A stretch of 64,000 nt of DNA from Dimorphilus gyrociliatus (taxonomy: Eukaryota > Animalia > Annelida), in the NCBI GenBank assembly GCA_904063045.1, contig CAJFCJ010000006.1, forward strand, positions 1,974,946 through 2,038,945, written 5' to 3'. Both the position numbers and the translations under genes were made by a program. Shown piece after piece: positions 10,774-22,900 of the stretch (positions within the stretch are counted from its first letter, which is position 1; each line of letters starts with the position of its first letter). The notes beneath the pieces are model-generated. The model was given only the letters and a program-made list of their open reading frames with translations, had not been told where the DNA came from and ran no database searches.

Positions 10774-13700
10774 TTAGGAAGAGTAAACAGTCTTCTGTAC
10801 GTGAGTGGCCCTATCCTGTATAGAGTTATAAGGTAATACGTTAATTTGTATATTAGTTTTGGCTTGATTTTGTCGTAATTACTCTGTTATTTGAATTAAT
10901 CATATCTTATTATATTGGAGGAATTTGCTTGTTTTGTTTGATTAATTAAAAATGAGTTAAGAAATGAATTAAGAAATCACTTATTATATATAATTTAAGA
11001 AAAATACTTTGCCTCAAGGCATCTAGCTTTAGACTATATATGCCTTTGACCTTTCAATGTTTCAAGGAATTAGGTTAAAGTTCAGGGTAATTACGAAACA
11101 AAAATGGTAATCTAAATTCTCCATTTGTATTTTACTTTTGGTACAAATGGGAATTACTATAATTCTTTATCGATCTTACTTCTCCAAGGCTATTAATAAG
11201 CTTGGTTACAACATTTGATCCAATTCCAAACGATCCTAGACCAGTTTCAACATCATTAGGACCTGCTCCCGCTCCCTTTATGCCGGCCCATAACTATAGT
11301 AATAAGAAAAAAGGCAGAGAATCTATTAATCGTTAATTACAACTATTATAATTAGAACACGAAAGTTTATATTCTATGAGAAATTTAATTAAGATAATCA
11401 TCCAGAAATTTTTAAAAAGAAAAAAAAATAAACAGAAGAATACGGCAAAGGAGATAGAAGCGGAAAGATAGATATGAAAAAGAAAAGGTAAAGAAAATGA
11501 GAAGAATTATAAGAGCATGTTGAGAAAAGTAGCTTATTAAAGGAAATAAGAAGAAAGGGGAAAGAAGATAGTAAGAAAATGAACAAGACAAAAGAGTAAA
11601 GGAGTAGTGAGAAGAAAAACAGAGTAAAAAGCAAGAAAAAAAAAAGAAAAAAATAGGGAACCTTGATCCTTTGCCCAGGTCGGAGTGATAAACTCGAGAA
11701 GGTATATTCGATACGTTTCTTAGGATCATTATCGATATTCCGTACTAAACGCCATCCCGTTAACTCTTCTAATTTCTTTCCGGTGTTTTCTAATGTTATA
11801 TATCGCCCGTCGGACGAACAATCTGATATTGTCAGAGGCCCTTTCGCTGACCTTTGATAGGTGGTTTTAGCGGACATTTCACCGCGAGTAATTTGGTTGA
11901 CTTTGAAGGAATCTGATAAAGGGATACCATTCCCTAATAAGCATATGAATGGATAAAAAACAGCCTAATCTACAGAGCAAAAAACAGGCGGAGCATATTC
12001 CGCTTCTTCGTCAAAAGATACCGGATATTACATCAATTTCGTGTACATCACCCTTAATTCTTATATTCTTTGTTAACTTAACCACCCACTATCTCTTATG
12101 TGGAATAAGCGAAAAAATATCGCATACACTCCTCTTTCTCTTCCTTTTTACCTTTTATCTCTTTTTTTTTTTCTTACTTAAGTAACATTACGTGACTCTT
12201 TAGAAATGATCTAATACGATCGTATTTGTCAAGTTTTTTCAGACTTAGCAGGAAGGATAGAACGTGTTTCCCGTAAACAGTATCATAAACAATAATTATT
12301 ATTCTATAAAAAATAGTTATTTGCTAGTTTTACATGCCATTTTTATACAGTAAACGTATAAAACTAGCAAAGGTTTAGAAATTGAACTACGAACCTGAAG
12401 GAGTTCTTGTCAACCTTTTCGTAAAAAAGGAAATTGGAGGGGAAGAAAACAAAACAAATAAGAGAATTAATATCTTATAATCTATCATAATATTCTTTTA
12501 ATAATAACATTTCCAACATTTACCCGATGTTATGTATAGTTATGAAAAGGTTAAAAAACTAACCTACTTTCTTCCCCTTCTAATAACTTTCTATAGGCAA
12601 CGATCTCCAACTCCAACCCTAATTTGGTATTCATTATGTTCTGAAGTTCTTTCAAGATAGCTTCCATCTCTGCCTTAAGTTTAGCTACATCTTGTTTTAA
12701 TTCATCATTTTCCATCATAAGCTCTCTTTCTTTTTCGTCGTATTCCCTTCTTAGAATATCCATCTCCTTCTCTAGCATTGTATTTTTCGCTTCTAGATCT
12801 CCAAGTTTAGCTCTTAGATCGGCCAACTGCTGCTTTAGCCTCTTTGCCTCGTCCTTTGCATGTTGGGTCTCTTGGTTCTGCTTGGCCGCTCCAGTTCGAA
12901 ACTCTTGCATCTTCAAGTTGTAGTAGGCCTCCAACTCAGATCTTAAAGCGTCCAATTTTTCATCGTAAGTCAATTGGATCTCTCTTAAGCATTGCGCCAT
13001 CTCATTCTTCCAGAATTCTCTATTTTCGGCAGTAGTGTCGCGGTAGGCCATCGCCGCCAACTCTTTCATCTCTTCTTCATGAACCTTTAAAAAGTTAATT
13101 AATTAATCAATAATTATACTGTTTAATCAAAATTTTCGCATGCAGCCAATCGGTTATTTCTGCCTGACCTGCTTCATGAATTCAATCTCTTCCTCAAGGG
13201 TTTGTCGTCTATTTTCCGCATCGATGTGTTTCAAAGTTTCAGAGTCAAGGTCCTGATGAAAGAAAAAAAAAGAAAGTCGTGTCAACTCTTTTTGATGGCT
13301 TTCCAAGAAAAAGAGAAAAAGTTTTTCTTTTTCTTTTTACTTACAATCCTTGTCCTGTTAAGAGCGTCGGTCAAGCGTTCGATCTCTTTCTTGTCCTTAT
13401 CCCGATCGCCCTGAGTAGAATCAACTCTTCTTCTAAGTAGGTTTAATTCACTCTCAAAGTCGGCCAACTGCTGGTTGAGCCTTTCAATTCTGTCTCTATC
13501 GGCCAACCTCTGTTTTTCATAGTCCTGGCACCTGGGAGAGGGTAAAAAACATAATTTTAAACACACCTGCAAATTTTATATACAATAACCAATCCAGATG
13601 CCGCATAGCTATACATCGATTTATGAAAACTGTTTTTAGAAAAAAAAAGAGATTGTAATCTTTACTTTTTACGCAAATCATCCAATTGCTCCTCCAAATT

Positions 13701-14242
13701 TGCACACTTAAGTTCCAATTTAGCTTTTTCCTTTTCAGTTTCGTCTAATATCTTTCTCGCTTCGTCCAATTCTGCTTGGTACATACTCTTTATGGCGGCA
13801 GTTTCCTTACCCCATTTTTGCTTTAGACTCTCCAGCTCTTGGGCCAATTTTCGATTTTGAGCTTCCAAAAATCGTACCTTTTCTATGTAGGATGCAAATC
13901 TGTTCAAAGGTTATTTTCGTATAGAAAAAGTTACTATTAATAAATCCTCGTGCAAAGATTTTTTGATTTTTCTTTTTTTAGCATTAAAAAAAATCGAAAA
14001 TATGATAAATCACTTTCTAACCTTTCATTTAAATCCTGCATCTCTCTCTTTTCCTTTTCTCTAGTAGTGAGAACGCTATCAACGCCCGCCGTTGACATTG
14101 CGGCATAGGCACCACTTACAGCTTGAGGTTGTATTTGAGTAAAAACACTGCTTGTTTTACTTGGAGCAGCTCCAGCCGTGGTCCTATAGATTACCGTCGT
14201 CCGTCGACCTACGGTAGGCTTCCATAAATCCTCTCTAGACAT
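10774..14242 (-). CDS. Cytoplasmic intermediate filament protein, protostome type (long coil 1b rod plus lamin-tail domain, no CaaX), neurofilament NF60/70-like
   Basis: Rod start [29 protein letters not shown] and rod end LELEIVAYRKLLEGEESR. The lamin-tail domain reads SAKGPLTISDCSSDGRYITLEN...RIKLWAG. The C-terminus DRATHVQKTVYSS* lacks CaaX. About 9 exons, including a 20-nt microexon at 12395-12414. Confidence 0.95.
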
Positions 14243-16119
14243 TTTGAATTCTTGCTTGCTTGATTTAAGAATATCGTCCAAATGGAAATAAAGTTTTCAC
14301 TCCGTCTCTCAAATTCAAGCTGGCGCACAGACGGTTGGTAGCAATGTTTTATTTTTATTCATAAACCTTTATTCAAATTGTTGAACAACATAACCCAATA
14401 GATGGCGTTCTTAATTCCTATTCACGTACTTACTTTTAAAAAAAATGGTCCTAGAAATATGCGAAATCAACCAACTATTTCAACACGTGTAGCTGAACAA
14501 TCGTTTAATGTATTAAGTGCTATTCCAGTCTATAGAGTAGGATATATATATATATATATACAGTATATATAGTGTAAATGCATGTATATATCAGCCTTTT
14601 TTTTATAAAATGCATATGTACAGAAAGAGATAGATATATGACATATATAGGGTAAATTAAATCAAAGCCCCTTAGGAAAGGTACCCATAGGTTCTTGTTT
14701 TAAGAGTTATTGGTTATTTTCTTTGTATGTTAATACTAGTAGTGTCGTCAATTACATTCTTCTTATTAGAATTCGTTGCAGTTTTCTATTTCAAATGTAA
14801 AATGTCACACACACACACATATATATATATATATCGTATAAATGTATCACTTAGAATGTGATACTATTGTGTTTCAGTCTTTTATTTGAATCATAAAGAC
14901 AAAAGCATATGGATTTTCATCTATCTACATATGATATTAAGCATATTTTCGTTTATTGGGTATTTTCATACGAATTTAATCTCGTACATAATTAATGTTA
15001 AAGTATTTAGCGTAGCGAGAACGATAGAATCGAAATTGGTATATCTTTTAAGTAGATAAATGACGTCTACCCCCATTAGGATTTTAAAAGAAAGAATATA
15101 TATATATGTCTATATATTTTTACTATACAAAAGATAAAACAAGTATAAAATTGCCATTAGAAACGACACAAAAACGATATTAAACAATATATGTTTAACA
15201 CGAACTTCAGACTAAATTACTACTGATCTTTACAAATTTCCGTATTAGAAATCGTCAGTAAATAACGGAAAAGTAATGAGATTGAACGAAAACAGAAAAA
15301 TATTATCTATTATTTCCTTTCTCCTCCTTTTAGAAAGGTAATCAACATGTTGATATTATGAAATAATAGATGGAGATTTTCCTAATAATTTACATTAGAT
15401 ACACTATGTTAACGGAAGGAGAAAATAATGATTAAAAATAGAGAAAAATGATGAAAGGAAAGTTTGTAACAAAAAAAAGTGGTTGTACAAGACTAAACAA
15501 ACACTGTGAATATGATATAAGTTTTCAAATAATGCATTCCTTCAAACGTAAACTGAAGGTATCCTCTTCGAAATGAATTAGTATTTTAAGCTGAATAAGC
15601 GACTTTCAAAGGTTTCTTTAGGATATTCTAGTAAACCTAAAATGTATTTTTTTACATCTAAAAATGTTAAAAGTTCAACTAAAATAAAAAAAAAATAATG
15701 AAAAAAAAAAAAGGAAAAAAAAAAATAAACCGAAAGGCTGATGAGGTAAAGCTTCAAGCGTCAACTCGTATCCCACTAGAGGTGTCGAGTACTACAAAAA
15801 GAAAGGCGTCGATAGATGCTACACTTACTAACTGCTGAAAAACTCTTTACCGGTAAACCATTCATAATTTAGCCTATATCTAAATTTTTCTATAATAAAA
15901 CAGCATTGGTGTTATTATATTAATGTAATAATTTTTTCGTTCTCTTATTATTATATATATATATATTTCTTTTAACCATAAAACATATTAAACATTGACA
16001 GAGATGGCGCTTTTAACAGTATATGAATGCGGCAAAGAAAGCGTTTAGTCTCATTTCTCATCATCGCTTTGCGCTCTTTTCTTTTGTTGCAATTGTTTTT
16101 TTTATAATATACAAACATA

Positions 16120-16162
16120 TAAAGATATATATATATATATATGTGTATATTAATATATATAA

Positions 16163-16197
<35 letters not shown>
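16120..16197. repeat. (TA)n-rich microsatellite tract
   Basis: Visible TA dinucleotide runs. Confidence 0.85.
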
Positions 16198-16198
<1 letters not shown>

Positions 16199-17174
16199 CA
16201 CAATTATCATTACAAACAGAAGACTAAAGGTTTGTTTTTTTATATTTCTCTAGTATTTCCTATTCTTCTTTCCTTTTTTCCAATGTTTCTTTATTCAAAT
16301 AACGTCTGGTTTTACATTGTTTGTATCGGTTCGTTTCTTCGTTATCATGTATATACAGCTTATGCAGAATATGAAGGTAAAAAAAAAAGTTTATAAAGAC
16401 TGAGATAGTTCTATTTGCTTGTCTAATTTGCATATGTAAAAAAGAAACAATCTTCTCTTCTTCTTAAAAGGTAACATCATAGGAAAAGTAGAAACATTTC
16501 TATTATTCGAGATAGTGATGGTACTTTGATGGAAGATTTTCCTTTTCTAATTATCGTCACTCTTCTTTGTCTTCGTACTTTAATAATTAAGATGCAAAAG
16601 TAGGTGATAACGATTATTGGAAATAGATAATCGACAAAAAGCTTTACAAAGCTTATGGCTGATTTCTTCATTGATCATAATTTTTCTATTATTTATTCAA
16701 AGGCTTAAATAAGCTTGTTTGTTTTTTTTTTATATAGCAAAAATAATTTGCGCTTAAGTGATAGAAGCCTCGAGGTTCTATTACCTAAAGTTGCTCGTTT
16801 TATATCACATAGATTTACCTTACAACAAAAAAGAGCATAAGGTTTTCAGCTTTCTCTTTATAATGGAAAAGAAATGACTAAATTATCATCTCTCATTTGA
16901 ATATTCATGAAGAAGTATCGTGTAGAAAGTAATTTATATTGCATAGACTAGAATCCTATATGATTTATATAACAATAGTAATATATTACTGCTCTGTTTC
17001 CTAAAATATCTCATCGACTATATAAACCAATAATCACAATCAAATGTAATATGTCGTGTAATGCTTAATCTTCCGATAATTTATTCAATGACGAGAGAGA
17101 GAGAGAGAGAGAGAAAGAGATGGAGGGGGGACGGGTGGACAGAGGGCGGTAAAGTCCTCGCTTTATAGTTTGAG

Positions 17175-17182
17175 TATAAAAG
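17175..17182 (+). promoter_or_regulatory. TATA box (TATAAAAG) of the second GPCR gene, followed by a probable non-coding first exon and 5'UTR intron (about 17288-17423)
   Basis: Canonical TATA downstream of a G-rich element, with GTGAAT donor and CCTTATAG acceptor before the ATG at 17444. Confidence 0.5.
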
Positions 17183-17443
17183 GTCGAGCTAAAAATGTTC
17201 TTGTTCATGACATCACTGCTCTCTAGATTGAAAGATGAAAAGAAATAATTTACAATGAGTTTTTTTGCGGTTGAAAAACACTGATAGGTGAATAGATTGT
17301 GAAGGATATCATCTCTATATATATATATATGTAATGTACATACTGTAGATATAATGTGTATACATTTAATATATAAACCTATGTTCATGTAAAATATTTC
17401 TAAAAATTGCTATCCGCCTTATAGGTTAAAGAGATTGGCAAGA

Positions 17444-18532
17444 ATGAAAACTATCGACAATTCCACAATTCTGCAAAATGCTCTTCCAGATCTTTTCAAT
17501 AGGACAGAGAGTTCTTTTATCAGAATCTTACGAACGTTCGTTCTTCCTGCTTTGATATTAATTGGTGTATTTGGAAATATTCTCGCCGTGATTCTCATAA
17601 GAAGAATCCGGCCTGTTTCCGGCACAGCCGCTTTTGCATACATCATCTGTGTAGCTAATGTGCTTATACTAGTAATGGGAGCTGGATTAGACGCTGTTGC
17701 GGAATTGAGCAAAGCTAATAAATTCTCAGTCCTTAATGATTGGACTTGTAAATTACATACCGTTGCTGATAAAACATGTGAGCATTGGATTACCTGGTGC
17801 TCAACAATTATGGGGGCGGAAAGAGTTATAAAAACGTGGAAAAAATCGAATGTGGCCTGGAGCGTCTTCAAGTCGAAATGCGTAGCCGTTGGAATATTAT
17901 TTGGTGTATTATCCATCGAAATTCATATCATGTGGTCGTATGCTATCGTCGAACATATGGGATGTTATATTGACTTGGAATTCCATGACTTTCATAGGAA
18001 CCTGTGGCCTTTAGTATCCGCCTTCATTAACGTGTATATACCAGTGGTAATAGGCATAGGGGTTTCTACCGCCTTAACAATAGGGCTAGCCAGAAATCGA
18101 TCGAGTCAAGGAGAGGAAGACTACCTCAGAGAGTGTCGAAGGCAAGAAGCCTGGTCTCGGTGTGCTCTTATTCTTCTCCTCAGTTACATCCTACTGAAAA
18201 TGCCTATTCTTATTATAAATATTGTCCAATATAGTAATCCAGAACGAGTGTCTACAGATAGCCGTTGGTTTGCTCAACTACAATTTGCAGATATAATAAT
18301 TCAAGTCGTGGCTCTGGGTCATTACACTTTCGCTCCTTTCATGATCCTTCTAACAGCCCCAGGTTTAGGTCGGGCCTATAGTCGATTATTGGAAAATATC
18401 CAATCAGCTTTTGTCTCCAGGTGTCTTACAAAAAATTCTGAAGAAACGCAATCCAACCTAATAGAATCTACAGTTGAAACTACAGTCAAGATGAACGATC
18501 GTGGAGAAATGGTCAATTGCAGTAGTGTTTAA
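17444..18532 (+). CDS. Orphan rhodopsin-like GPCR, single coding exon (about 362 aa)
   Basis: N-terminal N-glycosylation sequons, TM1 LIGVFGNILAV, ECL1 W-x-C (NDWTCK), DRY replaced by ERV, ECL2 Cys, TM5 YIP and TM6 LLKMP. The first true ATG is 17444; the track start at 17435 is TTG. Confidence 0.88.
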   Translation: MKTIDNSTILQNALPDLFNRTESSFIRILRTFVLPALILIGVFGNILAVILIRRIRPVSGTAAFAYIICVANVLILVMGAGLDAVAELSKANKFSVLNDWTCKLHTVADKTCEHWITWCSTIMGAERVIKTWKKSNVAWSVFKSKCVAVGILFGVLSIEIHIMWSYAIVEHMGCYIDLEFHDFHRNLWPLVSAFINVYIPVVIGIGVSTALTIGLARNRSSQGEEDYLRECRRQEAWSRCALILLLSYILLKMPILIINIVQYSNPERVSTDSRWFAQLQFADIIIQVVALGHYTFAPFMILLTAPGLGRAYSRLLENIQSAFVSRCLTKNSEETQSNLIESTVETTVKMNDRGEMVNCSSV

Positions 18533-19986
18533 AATGTTTTATAAAAAGGGAAAAAAAGAGAGCATTATTTTATTATTCATTTCATTTGGAATATTTCCCG
18601 TTCTTTCTTTGTCCCGTTGTAATGTGGAAAATGAAATTCATTCGTTTAGTTATAATGGGAATTTTAAGAACAAGAATGTAACCTCATTCCTGTGCAGAAA
18701 AGATATCAATAATTCTTTTCATAACAATCATGATGAACGTACGTGTCAAGACAGCCAACAGCATTGGTGTCTAACTGCCTAATGAGATATGACAGTAGAA
18801 AAGGTCATAGGATTTACGTTTCTACTAGCAGAAGACGCTCTTATGAAGATTTTTCTTATCATCCAGTCTTTCTCTTTATTCATTTTAATCTCTTTGTACG
18901 GTAACAACCAACTTCAAACGTGAATTTGAATCTGGAATTACATTGATGGATTTGGAAATAGTTCTTCCAGGAAGCAATGGAATGAAAAAAGAAAATAATC
19001 TTCGCTTGAAAAGAGATTCCCCTCCTATAAAGTAATTACACAATTACAAACAATTTATGACCCGTAAAGTTAATTTAGACATATGCATAAATGATTCCTA
19101 TGTACTTTATTAGTTGATAAAGAATAATATTTTTCAATGTGTAGAGTCACATATAAAAACTACTGCTGTGTTTTACATTTATATTTATAAGGTTTATATA
19201 CATATATCATATAATATATACTGTATATATTCATTAGTATCGTGTATATGTCATACTCAAGACTAGTTATCGGTTATAATATTGAAAGATGCGATGATGT
19301 TGGAACTATGAAACCGGAAAAAAACATGCATTATTTAAAGTAAATTTCTGCGTTAGAATCTTCTTTATAACTGAAAATTCATTAACGCTATTGCTGTCAT
19401 AAAAAAAAATGACAAATGACAAAATTCCAATTAATGACGTACAAGACGTATATTTTATGATAAATATACATTTATATGCATGTATATAAAAAAAAAATAT
19501 ATATATATATATTGAAAAAAGAATGAAAGAGGCTTATCTATATAAAGTTTTTGGTTTGCGTGTCTTTCGATTGCACTAGAATAGATTTCACTTGTTGATC
19601 ACTCAGCTTTTTCGTCCTGTACTCTTTTTTGGAGATCTGTCGCTAAAAGATGTAAAATTAATTAATTTTATAAAACTTCTCAAAAATAATCTAATATGTT
19701 ATTTAAAAACAAAATCGAAAGTCGACAGAACTACAAATCCAAACGTTTCCCTTAAAAATAACTTCTCAAACACTGTCTTATAAATAAACGTTGAGAATGT
19801 ATATATTAATAGTTTAATCGAGCAATAAGATTTCTTAAACTTGTTAACGCCATTCTTGATACTGAGAAGGTAAAACAAAAATTCGAAAAATTTTAGTGAT
19901 TGTAGATCACGTGTCATTTTTTAACGGATACCGTATAGATTTCATTGTGTAAATAATAATTCATTATCTGTATTATCCACTGAAAA

Positions 19987-22900
19987 TTAGGGGTCAAATG
20001 TATACCTCGAAATACGTCGAAGGGAGTATCTGGTTACTGGTCTTTCGGAATCAACGCTTCCACCTCTTAAATTCCTATCTGTTCTTATTTCCGTTTCAGA
20101 GGATGAGAGTATATCCGGCGTTAGCGACTCTCTTTTTTGTCCTGATCATATATAATATTTAAGGATTTTGTTAAGCCTAATACTTAAATTAACTTACTTC
20201 TTCGATTTCGAGACGGAGAACTTGCAGGCTCTTCACTTCCACCCCGTCTTCTGTTATCTGAGGTTCTTGAACAACCTGGTAGTGGATTTGACTCTTGTGT
20301 TGTTGCTACGATATAAAATCAATTGCAAATCTTTATTTTATATATACAGTATATATATATATGTATAAAAATTAAACATATTTATATTAATCACGATCAA
20401 CTTACATGTTTTTCTTGGTCGACCACGACCTCTTTTTGGACGATCTGAGCTGTGATCAGATAAAGCTGACCTAAATAAATAATTTTTTGACAATTAAATT
20501 TAACTTCAATTTGTTTAAAAACATACTCGGAAAGACGTCTGGACCGGGGCTCTGAACTCACTGATATCCTATCCAAATCTACGCTCTCGCTCCTCCTCTG
20601 CCTATATGATTGAGTTGATTGTCTATCGAACGGTACTAACCATTCGGAATTTTCAAAAATTGTATCCTCTGCCACTATTTAATAAAAATTCAACTTGAGA
20701 ATCATATCACTGTCTTTTCAGAAATTTAACACTTACGACTCTCTAATTGCCTAGTTCTACTACGAGTCATTATGGTTAGACTTTTTGCTGGAGACGCTCT
20801 CGACTGTTTCTGTTAAAGAGAAATAGCAAAAAATTTTCGTTTACAGGCATTAAAAATATTATTTTATAGAATATAGAATTTCGTTAGAAATGACTAACCA
20901 ATCTATTTTAAGTAAATGTGTACAAATAGATGAAAAAAAAAACTTCTTACCTTTGGTGTTGAAGATTTTATTGGAGTTGTGGCACTGGATGTTGATCTTA
21001 ATCTTCTTGTGGATCCCGGATTGGACACTCCACTGGCCCCTTCTTCTATATCTTCAGCCTCTTTTTTCAATTTTTCTCTGGTTGCTTCATCGATCTCTTC
21101 CGCCGATACCGCCTCTTCTTCGCATATTCTATTTTCTTCCATAAACTTTTGCATTATAATTTTCTTTGTAGGTTGAGTGCTTCCACTTGGAGGAGATACT
21201 CTTCGAGAGCTGCTCCTTGTAACGCGGTCACTCTTCTCGAATATTCTCTTTCGCTTTCTTCTACCACTTTTTGAACTTGTCACAGAGGAACAAGTTGACA
21301 AGCAATCGTACATGTCGTCTATAGGTGGTTCTGGCTTTTCATCGAATACTGAGTCATCGCTATCTGCTTTGACTTCGCTAGCAATAGGCGTTTCTATCTC
21401 AGGTAATCTTGATGAACCAGCTATGCTAAGAGTACTGTCAGCCTTTTCAATTTCAGCATCAACTTCTTCAAGTGTAAGAGACGGCGCTCTGTTAATAACA
21501 ACAACAGTATTTTCAATTTCTTCGTAGTCTTCCTCGTCTATTTTAGGTAGATCTTCACTGGAATTTTCTGCATTGTCATTGCAATCGATTACTTCATCTT
21601 TATTGCTATTACTGTCATTACTCTCATCATCGATATCACTTTCATCTTCATTTTCTTGCTCTCTATCTTCCCTTTCCAATGATTCTATTTCTCTCTGATC
21701 ACTTGTACTATGCAAACTACTTTCTTCCGTTTCGCTTGGTTCCTCTTGATTCCTGCCTAGTGTAGATTCAGTTTCAATATGCGATGGAGTATCAGCTGCA
21801 TCGTTATCATCGGAATATGTAAAAACTAAATTACTGGCAGAATTTCCATCCTGTCTTTCTTGGTCGTTTTTGGATCTTAAGTCTTTAACAGACTCATCAT
21901 CTTTAGGATCGTGATAATTTTCTACTGGAACATCATATTCTGTTACTGTTACATTATTTTGTTGTCTGAATACTGAAACCGTTTCCACACCTTCCATAAG
22001 GTCATTTATTGCTGGAGAAACAGAAGGGGCCGACGATTCAGAGGAGCTCTCTGCACCTTCAACAATTTGTCGAATCAAATCATCATTTCTATAACGAGCC
22101 TCTCCCAAATTCTGTTCAAAAACAGGAATACGCCTCGTTCCTCCCTCATTTGATACAGAATCTTCAGGAGAAACGTCATCTTCAACTTCGATCACTTCAT
22201 CAGCACTTTGTTCACGGGAAGATGTTGTTAAAACGTCGTCTTGTTCGGATATATCACCAACGTCTTCCATGGCACTGTAAGACACCATAGTACTTCCGTC
22301 CATAGCAATATGACTACCATTTTCAATATTTCTCATATTCGATAAAACTACATCATGTAAATTGAAAGGCTGCATTTTTTCACTCTCTTCTACAACACTC
22401 TCTTTGACCTCTGAAGGCATGTTATTTTGTAAGGTTGTACCGCTAGCATTACAAAGAACAGAGTATGCGTCAGTTGTAGAATTCGATATCTGCTCCCTAT
22501 ATGTCCTTCTACCCTTGACATGTCCATATGGCGAAATATCATCTTTGGAATCGCTTGCTTCGTGTTTACAGTAGTCTCGAATATGAGAATCCGCACATGC
22601 GGCAGTGGAAGTTTCTGGTTCACCAGGCATGAAAAATTTCTGCTCCTCAAGATTATCGTTCTTTATGTCTTCAATTGTATTTTTCGAGTCAACTACATCC
22701 AGATCAGCTTCTGTATTTACTTCTATAATTGACGGTTCACTATCAATGTGGAGCCAAGCCCCATCACCATCACTTTCTACATCTATTTCCGCAGACTTTA
22801 ATTCTGTCATATTATCTTCTATATCACTTGTTTTCACATCGTCGTCCTCTTTAGATTGACTCTCTGTGTCTGCCGTATTTTCCTCATCATCCTCAACAGA

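Noticed and set aside
11412-11729. F/L/S-rich ORF with apparent TM segments
   Set aside because: Translation of a pyrimidine-rich IF intron.
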